Under the pieces are notes generated by a model. The model searched no databases. It was not told the origin of the DNA and saw only the letters and a list, made by a program, of their open reading frames with translations. From NCBI GenBank assembly GCA_965207755.1, contig OZ242297.1:2311406-2375405 (forward strand): a DNA stretch of 64,000 bases, in the 5' to 3' direction. Each line of letters begins with the position of its first letter. Within the stretch, counting starts at the first letter, position 1. This DNA is from Acidimicrobiales bacterium (lineage in GTDB: Bacteria > Actinomycetota > Acidimicrobiia > Acidimicrobiales > Aldehydirespiratoraceae). Position numbers and translations under genes: made by a program. This document shows, piece after piece, positions 31,997 through 41,617 of this stretch.

Positions 31997-32021
31997 CCGA
32001 ACAGCCTCGACCGGTCCGAGC

Positions 32022-32068
32022 GAATTGGCAGCATTACGGCCCCATAGCATGCACAACGCTGCCAATTC
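32022..32068. repeat. REP-like palindrome, family 1
   Basis: Second copy, 72 bp downstream of the first. Same termini with a slightly different loop. Confidence 0.85.
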
Positions 32069-32073
32069 CCGGG

Positions 32074-34218
32074 CTAGCTCTTTAGCAGGTACTCGGCGTC
32101 GGTGTCACCGAGCAGCAACTCGATCTCGTCGGCCAGCTCCCGGTGACCGAGCAGGTCCGGGTCGGCGTCGAGCATCTCGATCGCGACGTCGCGGGCTACA
32201 GCAACCCACTCCTTGTCCCGGCGCAGCGAAGCGAGGCGCAGGTCGTTGCGACCCCTCTGACGCTCGCCCATGATCGTGCCCTCTCCCCGCAGCTCGAGGT
32301 CCGCCTCGGCCAGCTCGAAGCCGTCGTTGGAGGCCACCACCGCCTCCAGCCGGGCCTCGGCCTCGGCGGTGACAGCCTCGCCCAGCAGGTAGCAGCTGGA
32401 CGCCAGACGGGAGCGGCCCACCCGGCCCCGCAGCTGGTGGAGTTGGGCGATGCCGAACCGGCCCGGATCGACGACGACCATGACGGTCGCGTTGGGGACG
32501 TCCACCCCGACTTCGATGACGGTGGTGGCCACCAGGACCTCCAGCCGGCCGGACCGGAACAACTCCATGGTCGCCTCCTTCTCTGCGGGCGTCACCCGGC
32601 CGTGCAGGAGGCCGACGCGCAGGCCCGCGAGCTCGCCACCGCCCGCGGTCAGCCGCTCATGCGTCTCGATGGCCGACCGGACGTCGAGCACGTCCGACTC
32701 CTCGATGACCGGGCACACGACATAGGCCTGGCGACCCTCGGAGACTGCGGCCCGCACCGCCGCCCAGACCCGGGCCTCCTCCAACGGCCCGCGTGCCCAT
32801 GAGGTGGCCACCGGAGTGCGGCCCGCGGGGAGCTCGTCGAGCACCGACACGTCCAGATCGCCGTAGACGGTCATGGCCGCGGTGCGCGGGATGGGGGTGG
32901 CCGTCATGACCAGCAGGTCGGGCATCACCGATCCGGGGCCGCGACCGCGCAGCACAGCCCGCTGCTCGACGCCGAAGCGGTGCTGCTCGTCGATCACCAC
33001 CACACCCAGAGCCCGGTACTCCAAGCCCTCGGAGATCAGGGCATGGGTACCCACGACGATTTCGACGTCTCCTGTCGCCAGTCCCGCGACCGCTCGGCGC
33101 CGGTCGGCTGCGCCCCGGCTCCCCGACAGCAGCTCGACCTTGAGGGGCCGCTCCCCTCCCAGCCGCCTCTCGTCGGGCACTGTCAGGTCGCCGAGCAGCG
33201 AGACCATCGTCTCGAAGTGCTGCTCGGCCAGCACCTCGGTCGGGGCCATCAACGCGCCCTGGAAGCCGCCCTGCACCGCGGTGAGCAGGGCGCACAGGGC
33301 CACCACCGTCTTGCCCGCACCCACGTCGCCCTGCATGAGCCGGTGCATGGGGTGGGGCAGGGCCAGATCGCCGGCGATCTCCTCGATCACCCGCTGCTGG
33401 GCACCGGTCAGCGGGAACGGCAGACGGGCGAGGAACCGGTCGAGCAGCTCGCCGCCGGTGGCATGGGACAGACCGGCAGTATGGCGCTCCAGCCGGCGCT
33501 TGCGCCTGACCAGCTCCACCTGCACCCGCAGGAGCTCGTCGAACACGAGCCGTCGCCGGGCCTCGCTCGATTCTCCCATGGCGGCCGGCCGGTGGATCCC
33601 GTTGAGCGCGGTGTGCCGGCCCATGAAGTCGAATCTCTGCAGCACGCCGGCGGGAACCGGGTCGGCTATCCCGCGAGGCTGGCAGCGGTTGAGGGCCTGG
33701 TCGACGAACTTGGCTATCTCCCACGTGCTGACGCTCGCCTTCTCCGACTGCGGGTACACGGGAACGAATCGCCCGGTGCGGTCGCCGACCAGATCGACCA
33801 CCGGATTCGTCATCCGGAGGGAGCCCCGGTATCGCGTCGGCCGGCCGTGGACGATCACTTGACGGCCCGGTCGCAGGCTCTGCTCCTGCCAGGGCTGGTT
33901 GAAGAACGTGAGCTTGAGGCGGCCGGTGTCGTCGGAGATGACCACCTCGACCAGCATGCGGCGCTGCTTGATGCGCCTCGACGAACTCCGCTCCACACAG
34001 CCCTCCACGAAGACCTCCTCGCCTTGGGCGAGCTCCGCGATGCGGGCCTGCTTGGTGCGGTCGATGTAGCGACGCGGGTAGTGCTGCAGCAGGTCCAGCA
34101 CCGAGTTGATCTCCATCTCAGTGAGCGAGGAGGCCCGCTTGCGGCCGACGTTGCGGAGTCGGGTGATGCCGATGGCGTCGAGGTCCCGGAGCGTCAGGGG
34201 CGGATCGCCGGCCGGCAT
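32074..34218 (-). CDS. recG: ATP-dependent DNA helicase RecG
   Basis: 714 aa. Wedge/OB N-terminal part, GDVGAGKT, DEQHRFG, and the helicase C-terminal motif QLHQLRGRVGR. Confidence 0.95.
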   Translation of the reverse strand: MPAGDPPLTLRDLDAIGITRLRNVGRKRASSLTEMEINSVLDLLQHYPRRYIDRTKQARIAELAQGEEVFVEGCVERSSSRRIKQRRMLVEVVISDDTGRLKLTFFNQPWQEQSLRPGRQVIVHGRPTRYRGSLRMTNPVVDLVGDRTGRFVPVYPQSEKASVSTWEIAKFVDQALNRCQPRGIADPVPAGVLQRFDFMGRHTALNGIHRPAAMGESSEARRRLVFDELLRVQVELVRRKRRLERHTAGLSHATGGELLDRFLARLPFPLTGAQQRVIEEIAGDLALPHPMHRLMQGDVGAGKTVVALCALLTAVQGGFQGALMAPTEVLAEQHFETMVSLLGDLTVPDERRLGGERPLKVELLSGSRGAADRRRAVAGLATGDVEIVVGTHALISEGLEYRALGVVVIDEQHRFGVEQRAVLRGRGPGSVMPDLLVMTATPIPRTAAMTVYGDLDVSVLDELPAGRTPVATSWARGPLEEARVWAAVRAAVSEGRQAYVVCPVIEESDVLDVRSAIETHERLTAGGGELAGLRVGLLHGRVTPAEKEATMELFRSGRLEVLVATTVIEVGVDVPNATVMVVVDPGRFGIAQLHQLRGRVGRSRLASSCYLLGEAVTAEAEARLEAVVASNDGFELAEADLELRGEGTIMGERQRGRNDLRLASLRRDKEWVAVARDVAIEMLDADPDLLGHRELADEIELLLGDTDAEYLLKS

Positions 34219-34246
34219 CGGCGCGTCGGTCGAGTGGCGGCTCGGC

Positions 34247-35923
34247 CTACTCCAGGCCGAAGTAGTAGGGGTACAGGGGCTGGCCGCCGTCGCTCACCTC
34301 GACCTCCACGTCGGGATGGCTCTCGCTCACGTGCGCCGCGATCGCGTCCGTGGTGGCTGCATCGGCGTCGGCGCCGACGATGACTGTCAGCAGCTCGTGG
34401 TCGGGCTCCACGATGGCATCCAGGAGCGCCGCCGCCGCCGCCGGCGCATCGGACTCGACCGCCATGATGCCGTCGGGACCGATGCCGAGCCAGTCCCCGG
34501 CGGCGATGGGCCCCGCGGGGCTGGTGGCGTCGCGCACCGCCTGGGTGACCTCGGCCGCGGTCACCGCGGCGGCGGCCTCGGCCATCTGAGCGACGTTGTC
34601 GGCCGCGGTGGCGTCCACCGAGAAGGCCATCAGGCTGGAGATGCCCTCGACGACGCTGCGGGTGGGCACCACGCCGACGGTGCGCCCGGTCTCGCCGTCG
34701 ACCTGCTCGGCCACGCCGATGATGTTCTTGTTGTTGGGCAGCACCACCACATGCCCGCTGGGCAGCGAGTCGACGGCAGCCAGCAGCTCGGCAGTGGAGG
34801 GGTTCATCGACTGTCCTCCGGCGACGACGCGGCTCACCCCCATCGAGGTCAGGATGGCCTCCACCCCCTCGCCGGCGCCGACCGCCACGACCGAGCAGCG
34901 GTCGGCCTCGGTTATCTCCGCCGGCGCCGGCGGCGGTCCGCCCTCGTCGGCGGCCCCGGCGGGCTCCAGGAACGACTCGGAGTGCTCGGCGGCCTGGTCG
35001 AGCAGGTCGGTGACCTGGATCCGGTGGGGTCGCCCGACCGCGATCCCGGCCTCGATGGCCGCCCCGATGTCGTCGGTGTGGATGTGGCAGTTCCAGATGC
35101 CGTCGCCGCCCACCACCACGATCGAGTCCCCGATCCGCTGCCACGCGGCCTTGAAGCCGTCGACGGAGGGGTCGGGCGCGTCCAGCAGGAACATCACCTC
35201 GTACCGCAAGTCGGCAATAGAGGACTCCTCCGCCGGCACGTCGGCGCCGGCCACGGGCGCAGGCGGCGCCGGCGGCTCGGGGGCCTCGGGCATCGGCCGG
35301 CCGTCGATCTCGGCCAGACAGGCGTCGAACAGCAGCAGCAGTCCGGCCCCGCCCGCGTCGACCACCCCGGCCTCGGCGAGCACCGCCAGCATCTGGGGAG
35401 TTCGTTCCAGAGCGTCGTAGCCGCGGTCGCGAGCCGCATCGAAGACCTCAGTCAGACCGCCCCCGGCCGCGGCAGCAGCCTGGGCCGACTCCGAGGCCTC
35501 GCGGATGACCGTGAGGATGGTGCCCTCCACCGGCCGCGCCACGGCCGAGTACGCACCCTCGCTGGCCGCAGCCAGCGCCTGGGCCACCACCGGCGCGTCG
35601 GGCACGGCGCCGGCCGCCGCAGCGTCGCGGAACACGCCGGAAACGCCTCGAAGGATCTGCGCGAGGATCACCCCCGAGTTGCCCCTGGCACCCATGAGCG
35701 CGCCGTGGGCCAATGCCGTGCACAGAGGCTCGAGGTCGTCGGCGACGCCGTCGAGGCTCTCGACGACGGACTTCATGGTGAGCGTCATGTTGGTCCCGGT
35801 GTCGCCGTCCGGGACGGGATAGACGTTGAGGTTGTCGATCACCTGGCGGTGGTCGGCGAGCCCTCCGTGGAATCCGGCGATCACGCGGCGCAGCGCGGCC
35901 GCGTCGAGAACAAGCGGTGCCAT
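34247..35923 (-). CDS. yloV: DAK2-domain fusion protein YloV
   Basis: The ATG at 35923 gives MAPLVLDAAALRR... Also NVYPVPDGDTGTNM. About 558 aa, with a DegV-like C-terminal half. Confidence 0.88.
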   Translation of the reverse strand: MAPLVLDAAALRRVIAGFHGGLADHRQVIDNLNVYPVPDGDTGTNMTLTMKSVVESLDGVADDLEPLCTALAHGALMGARGNSGVILAQILRGVSGVFRDAAAAGAVPDAPVVAQALAAASEGAYSAVARPVEGTILTVIREASESAQAAAAAGGGLTEVFDAARDRGYDALERTPQMLAVLAEAGVVDAGGAGLLLLFDACLAEIDGRPMPEAPEPPAPPAPVAGADVPAEESSIADLRYEVMFLLDAPDPSVDGFKAAWQRIGDSIVVVGGDGIWNCHIHTDDIGAAIEAGIAVGRPHRIQVTDLLDQAAEHSESFLEPAGAADEGGPPPAPAEITEADRCSVVAVGAGEGVEAILTSMGVSRVVAGGQSMNPSTAELLAAVDSLPSGHVVVLPNNKNIIGVAEQVDGETGRTVGVVPTRSVVEGISSLMAFSVDATAADNVAQMAEAAAAVTAAEVTQAVRDATSPAGPIAAGDWLGIGPDGIMAVESDAPAAAAALLDAIVEPDHELLTVIVGADADAATTDAIAAHVSESHPDVEVEVSDGGQPLYPYYFGLE

Positions 35924-36103
35924 GGTGCCGATGATACTGACAGGCCGCCGCGGGTGGGTGAGGATCAGCACGGATGCCGCCGGCCTTCTCGGCGGACCGT
36001 CTCGCCGCCGGGCCCCCATCCGGGCACGCACCGAACCGTGCCGGAGCGTCCCGGCGCGAGCGTCGAAGCGGACGCCGGCGGCGCGCCGCTACGATGCGGC
36101 GCC

Positions 36104-36325
36104 GTGCAGGGCGTCATCAAGAGCTACGACCCCTTGACCGGCGACGGGGTGCTCGTCAACGAAGCCGACCTCGCCGACATCGACCTCGCCGACAACGCCC
36201 TCGAGGGCTCGCTGTTCCGCATGCTCCGCCAGGGTCAGCGGGTGCAGTTCGACCTTGACGACGACGGCAGGGCCACCCGTCTGCGCATCGGCTCCGAGGT
36301 CGACATGGGCACGCCCGAACTCTGA
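36104..36325 (+). CDS. Small (73 aa) hypothetical protein, possibly a cold-shock/OB-like beta-barrel
   Basis: The GTG at 36104 gives VQGVIKSYDPLTGDGVLVNEADLADIDLADNALEGSLFRMLRQGQRVQFDLDDDGRATRLRI. It is the only plausible plus-strand coding segment here. Family not recognised with certainty. Confidence 0.45.
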   Translation: MQGVIKSYDPLTGDGVLVNEADLADIDLADNALEGSLFRMLRQGQRVQFDLDDDGRATRLRIGSEVDMGTPEL

Positions 36326-36402
36326 GGCAGCATGGCGGCTGCCAGCAACGGGCCGACCGCTTCGGAGCGCGTATGGCTCGTCCCGCCGGCTGCGGGCCGG
36401 CG

Positions 36403-36783
36403 CTAGGCCACAGAGTCCAGGATCACCGCCCGGATTCCCAGCCCCATCAGGAACAGGCCGGTGCAGCCGTAGAGCACGTACAGGTGGTCGCGCAACTGCT
36501 GGCGGTAGCTGTAGGCGATGCCGACCGCGACCAGCGCCGAGAAGCCGTAGAGCGCATGCAGATCGGGGGCGGCCCGGCCCTCCCGGACCGTCAGCCAGGT
36601 TCCCAGTCCCGCCTGCACAAAGACGGTGACCTGCGCAGCCGCGGTGGTCACCCACAGCGCGAGCGACCGCAGGCCCGGACGGCGGTGCGCGGCCAGCGCC
36701 CACAGGCCGGCCAGGGCGTTGGACAGGATCACCACCCACGAGAACCAGTCATGGACATCAGCGACAACCGAGGCGGTCGCCAT
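36403..36783 (-). CDS. Small integral membrane protein (about 4 TM segments), unknown function
   Basis: MATASVVADVHDWFSWVVILSNALAGLWALAA... with hydrophobic helices throughout. ATGA overlap with the upstream gene. Confidence 0.65.
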   Translation of the reverse strand: MATASVVADVHDWFSWVVILSNALAGLWALAAHRRPGLRSLALWVTTAAAQVTVFVQAGLGTWLTVREGRAAPDLHALYGFSALVAVGIAYSYRQQLRDHLYVLYGCTGLFLMGLGIRAVILDSVA

Positions 36784-37925
36784 CAGGCGACGGCCCCGGA
36801 CTCCCGGCGCGCCGAGACGGCGGCCGCGTCGAGCCCCAACTCGGCCAGGATCTCGTCGGTGTGCTGGCCGGCGTGGGGCGGCGGGCGGCGGATCGCCCCC
36901 GGGGTACGGCTGAAGCGCGGCGCCGGTCCGGGCTGGACGATTCCGGCCGCTTCGGCGAAGGTTCCCCGCTCGCGGTTGTGGGCGTGCTCGGGCGCCTCCG
37001 CCAGCGACAGCACCGGCGCGAAGCAGGTGTCGGTGCCCTCGAGCAGGTCGCACCACTCGTCGCGGGTGCGCTGCGCGATCACCGCCGCGAGCCTCTCCTT
37101 CAGTTCGGGCCAGCGAGACCGGTCCATCTGCCGGTCCCACTCCGGTCCGCGCAGTCCGAGCCGCTCCCGCAGTTCGGCGTAGAACTGGGGCTCGATCGGT
37201 CCCAGCGAGATGTAGCGGCCGTCGGCGGTCTCGTAGACGTTGTAGAAGTGGGCGCCGGTGTCGAGCATGTTGGTGCCCCGCTCGTCGCTCCAGAAGCCCG
37301 AGCCGGCCATGCCGAAGAAGGCGGTCATCAGCGAGGCGGCCCCGTCCACCATGGCCGCGTCCACAACCTGGCCCCGGCCTGAGTCTCGGGCCTCCAGCAG
37401 GGCGCACACCATCCCGAAGGCGAGGTACATGCCGCCGCCCCCGAAGTCGCCCACCAGGTTGAGGGGCGGCACCGGGGCCTCGCCCTGGCGGCCGATGCCG
37501 TGCAGCGCGCCGGCCAGCGCGATGTAGTTCAGGTCATGGCCGGCGGCCGAGGCGTAGGGACCGTCCTGGCCCCACCCCGTCATCCGGCCGTAGACCAGGC
37601 GCCGGTTGCGTGCCAGGCAGGCTTCCGGCCCGATCCCGAGCCGCTCGGCCACGCCGGGCCGGAACCCCTCCAGCAGGCCGTCTGCGCCCTCCACGAGCGA
37701 CAGCACGATCTCGACACCCTCGCGAGACTTGAGGTCGATGCCGGCTGAGCGCTTGCCCCGGTTGAGAAGGTCGCGCGGCGGGTGGTCGGGATCGCCGCCG
37801 CGCACCGCCGAGGCCCGGTCGACCCGAACGACATCGGCGCCCATGTCGGCCAGCATCATGGCGCAGAACGGGCCCGGCCCGATGCCGGCGATCTCGATCA
37901 CCCGGATTCCTGTCAACGGCCCCAT
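36783..37925 (-). CDS. Family III CoA-transferase, alpha-methylacyl-CoA racemase-like
   Basis: MGPLTGIRVIEIAGIGPGPFCAMMLADMGADVVRVDR is the hallmark CaiB/BaiF/Mcr N-terminus. Confidence 0.88.
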   Translation of the reverse strand: MGPLTGIRVIEIAGIGPGPFCAMMLADMGADVVRVDRASAVRGGDPDHPPRDLLNRGKRSAGIDLKSREGVEIVLSLVEGADGLLEGFRPGVAERLGIGPEACLARNRRLVYGRMTGWGQDGPYASAAGHDLNYIALAGALHGIGRQGEAPVPPLNLVGDFGGGGMYLAFGMVCALLEARDSGRGQVVDAAMVDGAASLMTAFFGMAGSGFWSDERGTNMLDTGAHFYNVYETADGRYISLGPIEPQFYAELRERLGLRGPEWDRQMDRSRWPELKERLAAVIAQRTRDEWCDLLEGTDTCFAPVLSLAEAPEHAHNRERGTFAEAAGIVQPGPAPRFSRTPGAIRRPPPHAGQHTDEILAELGLDAAAVSARRESGAVA

Positions 37926-37947
37926 GGGAGTCCCCTTCCTCTGTTGC

Positions 37948-38775
37948 CTACCAGGCGACGCGGGCCGACAGGGCGGTGACGGCACTGATCATCGGCGCCC
38001 ACACCTGGGGCGGCAGATCGTGGCCCATCCCCTCGATCTCCACGTACTCGGCGCCCGGCACCAGCTCGGCCGTGCGGCGGCCGGCGTCGGGGGCGATCAG
38101 CGGATCCTCACTTCCGTGGATCACCAGGGTGGGAACGTCGAGGCTTCGCAGCGCGTCGGCCCGGCTGCCGCTGCGGGCCGCGGCCTTCGACTGGCGCCCG
38201 GACGCGCCGGGATGCCACGCCCGCCGGTAGCTGCGCTCCAGGTACTCCCGCTCGGCCTGCTCGTTGCGCCAGTCGGGACTGGACCAGATCCGGTACCCGG
38301 CCAGATCGGACTCGATCTGGGCCTCGACAGTCGCGGCGGGCGGGGCGGTCAGCGCCGCGAGGGCCTCGGGAGTGGGGTCGCCGACGCCCGGCTCCCCGGT
38401 GTGCGACGAGATGGAGACCAGCCCGGCCACGCGGTCTCCGAAAGCGGCCGCGGCGACCTGCGCCACCATTCCCCCCAGCGAGTAGCCGCAGACGACGGCC
38501 CGGTCGCGGCCCGCCGCGTCGAGAACCGCGACCGCATCGCCGGCCATGTCTTCGAGGGTGTAGCGGGCGCCGTCGGGCAGCACCGTGGACAGCCCCGAGT
38601 CGCGGTGGTCCATGCGCAGCACGGAGAAGCCGCGGTCGACGAACCCGGCGCACAAGTCCTCCGGGAACACGAGCATGCTCGAACCGAGGCCGTGGAGCAG
38701 CATCAGCGCAGGATCTCCTTCCGTGCCGAAGGTCTCGTAGGCGATCTCGATCTCGCCGTGGCGGGCTGTGCTCAT
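37948..38775 (-). CDS. Alpha/beta-fold hydrolase
   Basis: LLHGLGSS, the nucleophile elbow GYSLGG, and a C-terminal GMGHDLP histidine motif. Confidence 0.85.
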   Translation of the reverse strand: MSTARHGEIEIAYETFGTEGDPALMLLHGLGSSMLVFPEDLCAGFVDRGFSVLRMDHRDSGLSTVLPDGARYTLEDMAGDAVAVLDAAGRDRAVVCGYSLGGMVAQVAAAAFGDRVAGLVSISSHTGEPGVGDPTPEALAALTAPPAATVEAQIESDLAGYRIWSSPDWRNEQAEREYLERSYRRAWHPGASGRQSKAAARSGSRADALRSLDVPTLVIHGSEDPLIAPDAGRRTAELVPGAEYVEIEGMGHDLPPQVWAPMISAVTALSARVAW

Positions 38776-39066
38776 CCGTTCATGTCTACCGGCACCGCCT
38801 CGCCGTCCGCCGCCACCGCGGCGGCGGAACCCCCACCGGGCGCCGTCCCCGGCCGCGCCCGGCCGCGCTCACGTCGATGCCGGATGCCGTGACGCGATGC
38901 CCGGACTGGAGGCGACCGTCGGCGCCGTCCCCGCCGGTGTCTCCGCGTCCGGCGAATCCGCCGTCCATTCGCCTGGGAAGCCATCCCGCCGCCCGCCATT
39001 GGGATAGCGTCGGCCGGTGGCCTCCACCGCGGACCGAGTCCCTGGGCGACGAAGCCGTCGCAGCCC

Positions 39067-40338
39067 ATGACCGGGGCCGCACCGACCGCCACGTACGACC
39101 GGGCCAGGGTCCAGCGGCGCACGGTCGCAGCAACCATGGCCTCGGTGGTTCCCACCACCATGGCCATGGGAGCGTCGTTCGCGGGCTCGGCAGTGCTGGC
39201 CGAGGAGATCACCGGCAGCAAGACGCTGGCCACGCTGGCGGCGGGCTCCATGTCGCTCGGCAGCATGGCGGCCGCCGTTCCCCTGTCGCGCCGCATGGCC
39301 CGCCTGGGCCGGCGCCGGGGCCTGGTGGTGGGATGGGCGCTGGGCGCCGTCGGAGCGATCGCCGCCCTGCTGGCGGCCGTGTTGAACCTGTATCCGTTGG
39401 TGGTGCTGGGCATCATCGGGGTGGGCGTGGGCCAGGCCACCAATCTGGCCGCCCGCTACGCGGTGGCCGATCTCGCTCCCGACGACCGCCGGGCCCGCGC
39501 CATCGGGATGCTGGTGTGGGCCTCCACCTTCGGCGCGGCTGCCGGGCCGACGATCGCGCTGGGGCCGGCTGCCGACTTCGCCCGGTTCATCGGCCTGCCC
39601 GAACTGGCCGGCCCTTACGTGCTGGGCTCGGCGATGTTCCTGTCCGGACTGGCGATCACGCAGACCTGGCTGCGCCCCGACCCGTTGGAAGTGCTGGGCA
39701 CGATGGGGGCGGAGGCGCCCCGCCCAGCATCGCCCGCGGCTGTGATCGGGCGTATCGCGGCCTTGCCGGCGGCCCGTCTCGCCCTGCTGGCCATGCTGGT
39801 GGGGCAGATGGTCATGGTGGCCGTCATGACGGCCACGCCGCTCCACATGACCAGCGGGAATCAGGACATCGCGGTGATCGGCCAGGTCATCTCGCTCCAC
39901 ATCGTCGGGATGTACGCCTTCTCGCCGATCGTGGGATGGCTCGTGGACCGCCTGGGCACCCATACGGTCATCACCCTCGGCGGTCTGATCCTGTTCCTGG
40001 GCGCAGAATTGGCCGGGCACACCGACCCCGAGCACAGCGCCGGACTGTTCAGCGGTCTGACGCTGATCGGAATCGGCTGGAGTTGCGGGCTCATCGCAGG
40101 CAGCGCGCTGCTCACGAACTCGTTCCCGGTGCATCAGAGGGTGGAGGTTCAAGGCGGTGCGGACTTCGTCATGATCACAGGAGGCGCGGTGGGCGGCATG
40201 TCGTCCGGCGCCCTGGTCGAACTCCTCGGCTTCCAGTCACTGAGCCACTACTCCGGCGTCGCCGCCCTGATGCTGGTAGCCGCCGCCGCAGGTGCATGGT
40301 TGACGGCACGCCTGGCCCGCACCCGCCGGCTCGCCTGA
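39067..40338 (+). CDS. MFS transporter
   Basis: 423 aa with about 12 hydrophobic segments and an MFS loop motif (PLSRRMARLGRRRG). Confidence 0.85.
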   Translation: MTGAAPTATYDRARVQRRTVAATMASVVPTTMAMGASFAGSAVLAEEITGSKTLATLAAGSMSLGSMAAAVPLSRRMARLGRRRGLVVGWALGAVGAIAALLAAVLNLYPLVVLGIIGVGVGQATNLAARYAVADLAPDDRRARAIGMLVWASTFGAAAGPTIALGPAADFARFIGLPELAGPYVLGSAMFLSGLAITQTWLRPDPLEVLGTMGAEAPRPASPAAVIGRIAALPAARLALLAMLVGQMVMVAVMTATPLHMTSGNQDIAVIGQVISLHIVGMYAFSPIVGWLVDRLGTHTVITLGGLILFLGAELAGHTDPEHSAGLFSGLTLIGIGWSCGLIAGSALLTNSFPVHQRVEVQGGADFVMITGGAVGGMSSGALVELLGFQSLSHYSGVAALMLVAAAAGAWLTARLARTRRLA

Positions 40339-40357
40339 CATCCCCAGGCCCTCGCGA

Positions 40358-40403
40358 TCTGTGAGCAGATTTGCCGACAGGGGCGGCTCGATTGCTCACA
40401 GAA
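40358..40403. repeat. Nested-hairpin palindromic element, family 2 (reverse orientation of 1974..2020); likely bidirectional terminator between convergent genes
   Basis: TCTGTGAGCAGATTTGCCGACAGGGGCGGCTCGATTGCTCACAGAA. Its reverse complement matches the 1974..2020 element at most positions. Confidence 0.7.
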
Positions 40404-40427
40404 CCGGGGCGCCGCTTGGTCCTGCCC

Positions 40428-41441
40428 TCAGGCGTCTGAAGCGCCGACGGGCATGACGGCAGCGCGGTCGACCGCGTAGCGCAGCCGGTCTCCCTGTGCG
40501 GCACGACGGGGGTCCCGGATCAGCAGTTCGACATCGCCCGGTTCGGTGCGCAGGGTCGTCTCGAAACGGTCTCCCCGGAAGCGGACGTCGGTCACCGTTC
40601 CCGTGACGGCGTCGTCGGCGCCTGCAGGCGAGCCCTCCATGCGGCGGAAGGCATCCGCCCGCACCACCACCAGCCCCGGGGCCACATGGAGACGACCCCA
40701 CGGCACTGAGCCGCCCTGCCCCACCGTCACCACGTTGGCGTGGCCGAGGAACCGGGCCACGTCCGGGTGGCGGGGATCGCGCCAGATCTCGGCCGGGGCG
40801 CCGATCCTGGCGATGCGGCCGGACTGCATGACCGCCACCCGCTCGGCCACTGCGAAGGCCTCGTCGTGGTCGTGGGTGACGTGCAGGACGGTGACACCGA
40901 TGCGGCGCAGCAGGTGCCTGAGCTCCTCGGTGAGCTCCTCGCGGCGGGGCCGGTCGAGCGAGCCGAGGGGCTCGTCGAGCATCAGCAGGCGAGGCTCGGG
41001 CGCCAGCGAGCGGGCCAACGCCACCCGTTGGGCCTCACCTCCCGACAGTGTGGCTATTGCTCGCTCCTGGTAGCCGGCCAGCCCCACCAGCCCGAGCACC
41101 TCTCGTACCCGCCGGATCCGGCCGGCGGCGTCCATCTTCTGCATCCGCAGACCGAAGGCCACGTTGGCGGCCACGTCCCGATGCGAGAACAGTGCGTGCT
41201 CCTGGAACATCAGCCCGAAGTCGCGGCGGTGCACGGGCAGCCCCGCCAAGTCCTCGCCGTTCCAACGAACCTCGCCCGAGTCGAGAGGCTGCAGCCCGGC
41301 CACCGTCCGCAGCAGCGTGCTCTTGCCGCAGCCGCTCGGGCCCAGGATGGCCACCACCTCGCCGGTGGCCACCTCCAGGTCCACGCCGTCGAGGGCTGTG
41401 ACCCGGCCGAACAAGACCGTGGCGCCATCGACCGTCAGCAC
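40428..41441 (-). CDS. thiQ: ABC transporter ATP-binding protein (thiamine-type importer; PotA/FbpC-like with C-terminal regulatory domain)
   Basis: The GTG at 41441 is preceded by GGAGGG. Motifs: GPSGCGKSTLLR, LSGGEAQRVALARSL, LLMLDEPL. Confidence 0.88.
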   Translation of the reverse strand: MLTVDGATVLFGRVTALDGVDLEVATGEVVAILGPSGCGKSTLLRTVAGLQPLDSGEVRWNGEDLAGLPVHRRDFGLMFQEHALFSHRDVAANVAFGLRMQKMDAAGRIRRVREVLGLVGLAGYQERAIATLSGGEAQRVALARSLAPEPRLLMLDEPLGSLDRPRREELTEELRHLLRRIGVTVLHVTHDHDEAFAVAERVAVMQSGRIARIGAPAEIWRDPRHPDVARFLGHANVVTVGQGGSVPWGRLHVAPGLVVVRADAFRRMEGSPAGADDAVTGTVTDVRFRGDRFETTLRTEPGDVELLIRDPRRAAQGDRLRYAVDRAAVMPVGASDA

Positions 41442-41455
41442 TGGGACCCTCCGCC

Positions 41456-41503
41456 GAATTGGCAGCCACCAAGGCCCAAGAGGGCCTCCCCCGCTGCCAA
41501 TTC
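41456..41503. repeat. REP-like palindrome, family 1, with inner hairpin GGCCC-AAGA-GGGCC
   Basis: GAATTGGCAGC...GCTGCCAATTC termini. Lies between the permease and ATPase genes. Confidence 0.85.
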
Positions 41504-41538
41504 CGCCTGCGACCGGGCTTGACAGCGTCCTTCTGGCC

Positions 41539-41586
41539 GAATTGGCAGCCACGGGGGCCCAAGAGGGCCTCCCCCGCTGCCAATTC
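41539..41586. repeat. REP-like palindrome, family 1
   Basis: Second copy, 83 bp from the first, with the same inner hairpin. Confidence 0.85.
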
Positions 41587-41617
41587 CACCGGCTGGCCGG
41601 TTCAGCGGTTCCCGCAT

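Noticed and set aside
38776-39066. Possible regulatory RNA or riboswitch in the 290-bp divergent region between the hydrolase and MFS genes
   Set aside because: I could find no conserved riboswitch box or convincing structure by eye. It is probably just divergent promoters, or the MFS start lies further upstream.
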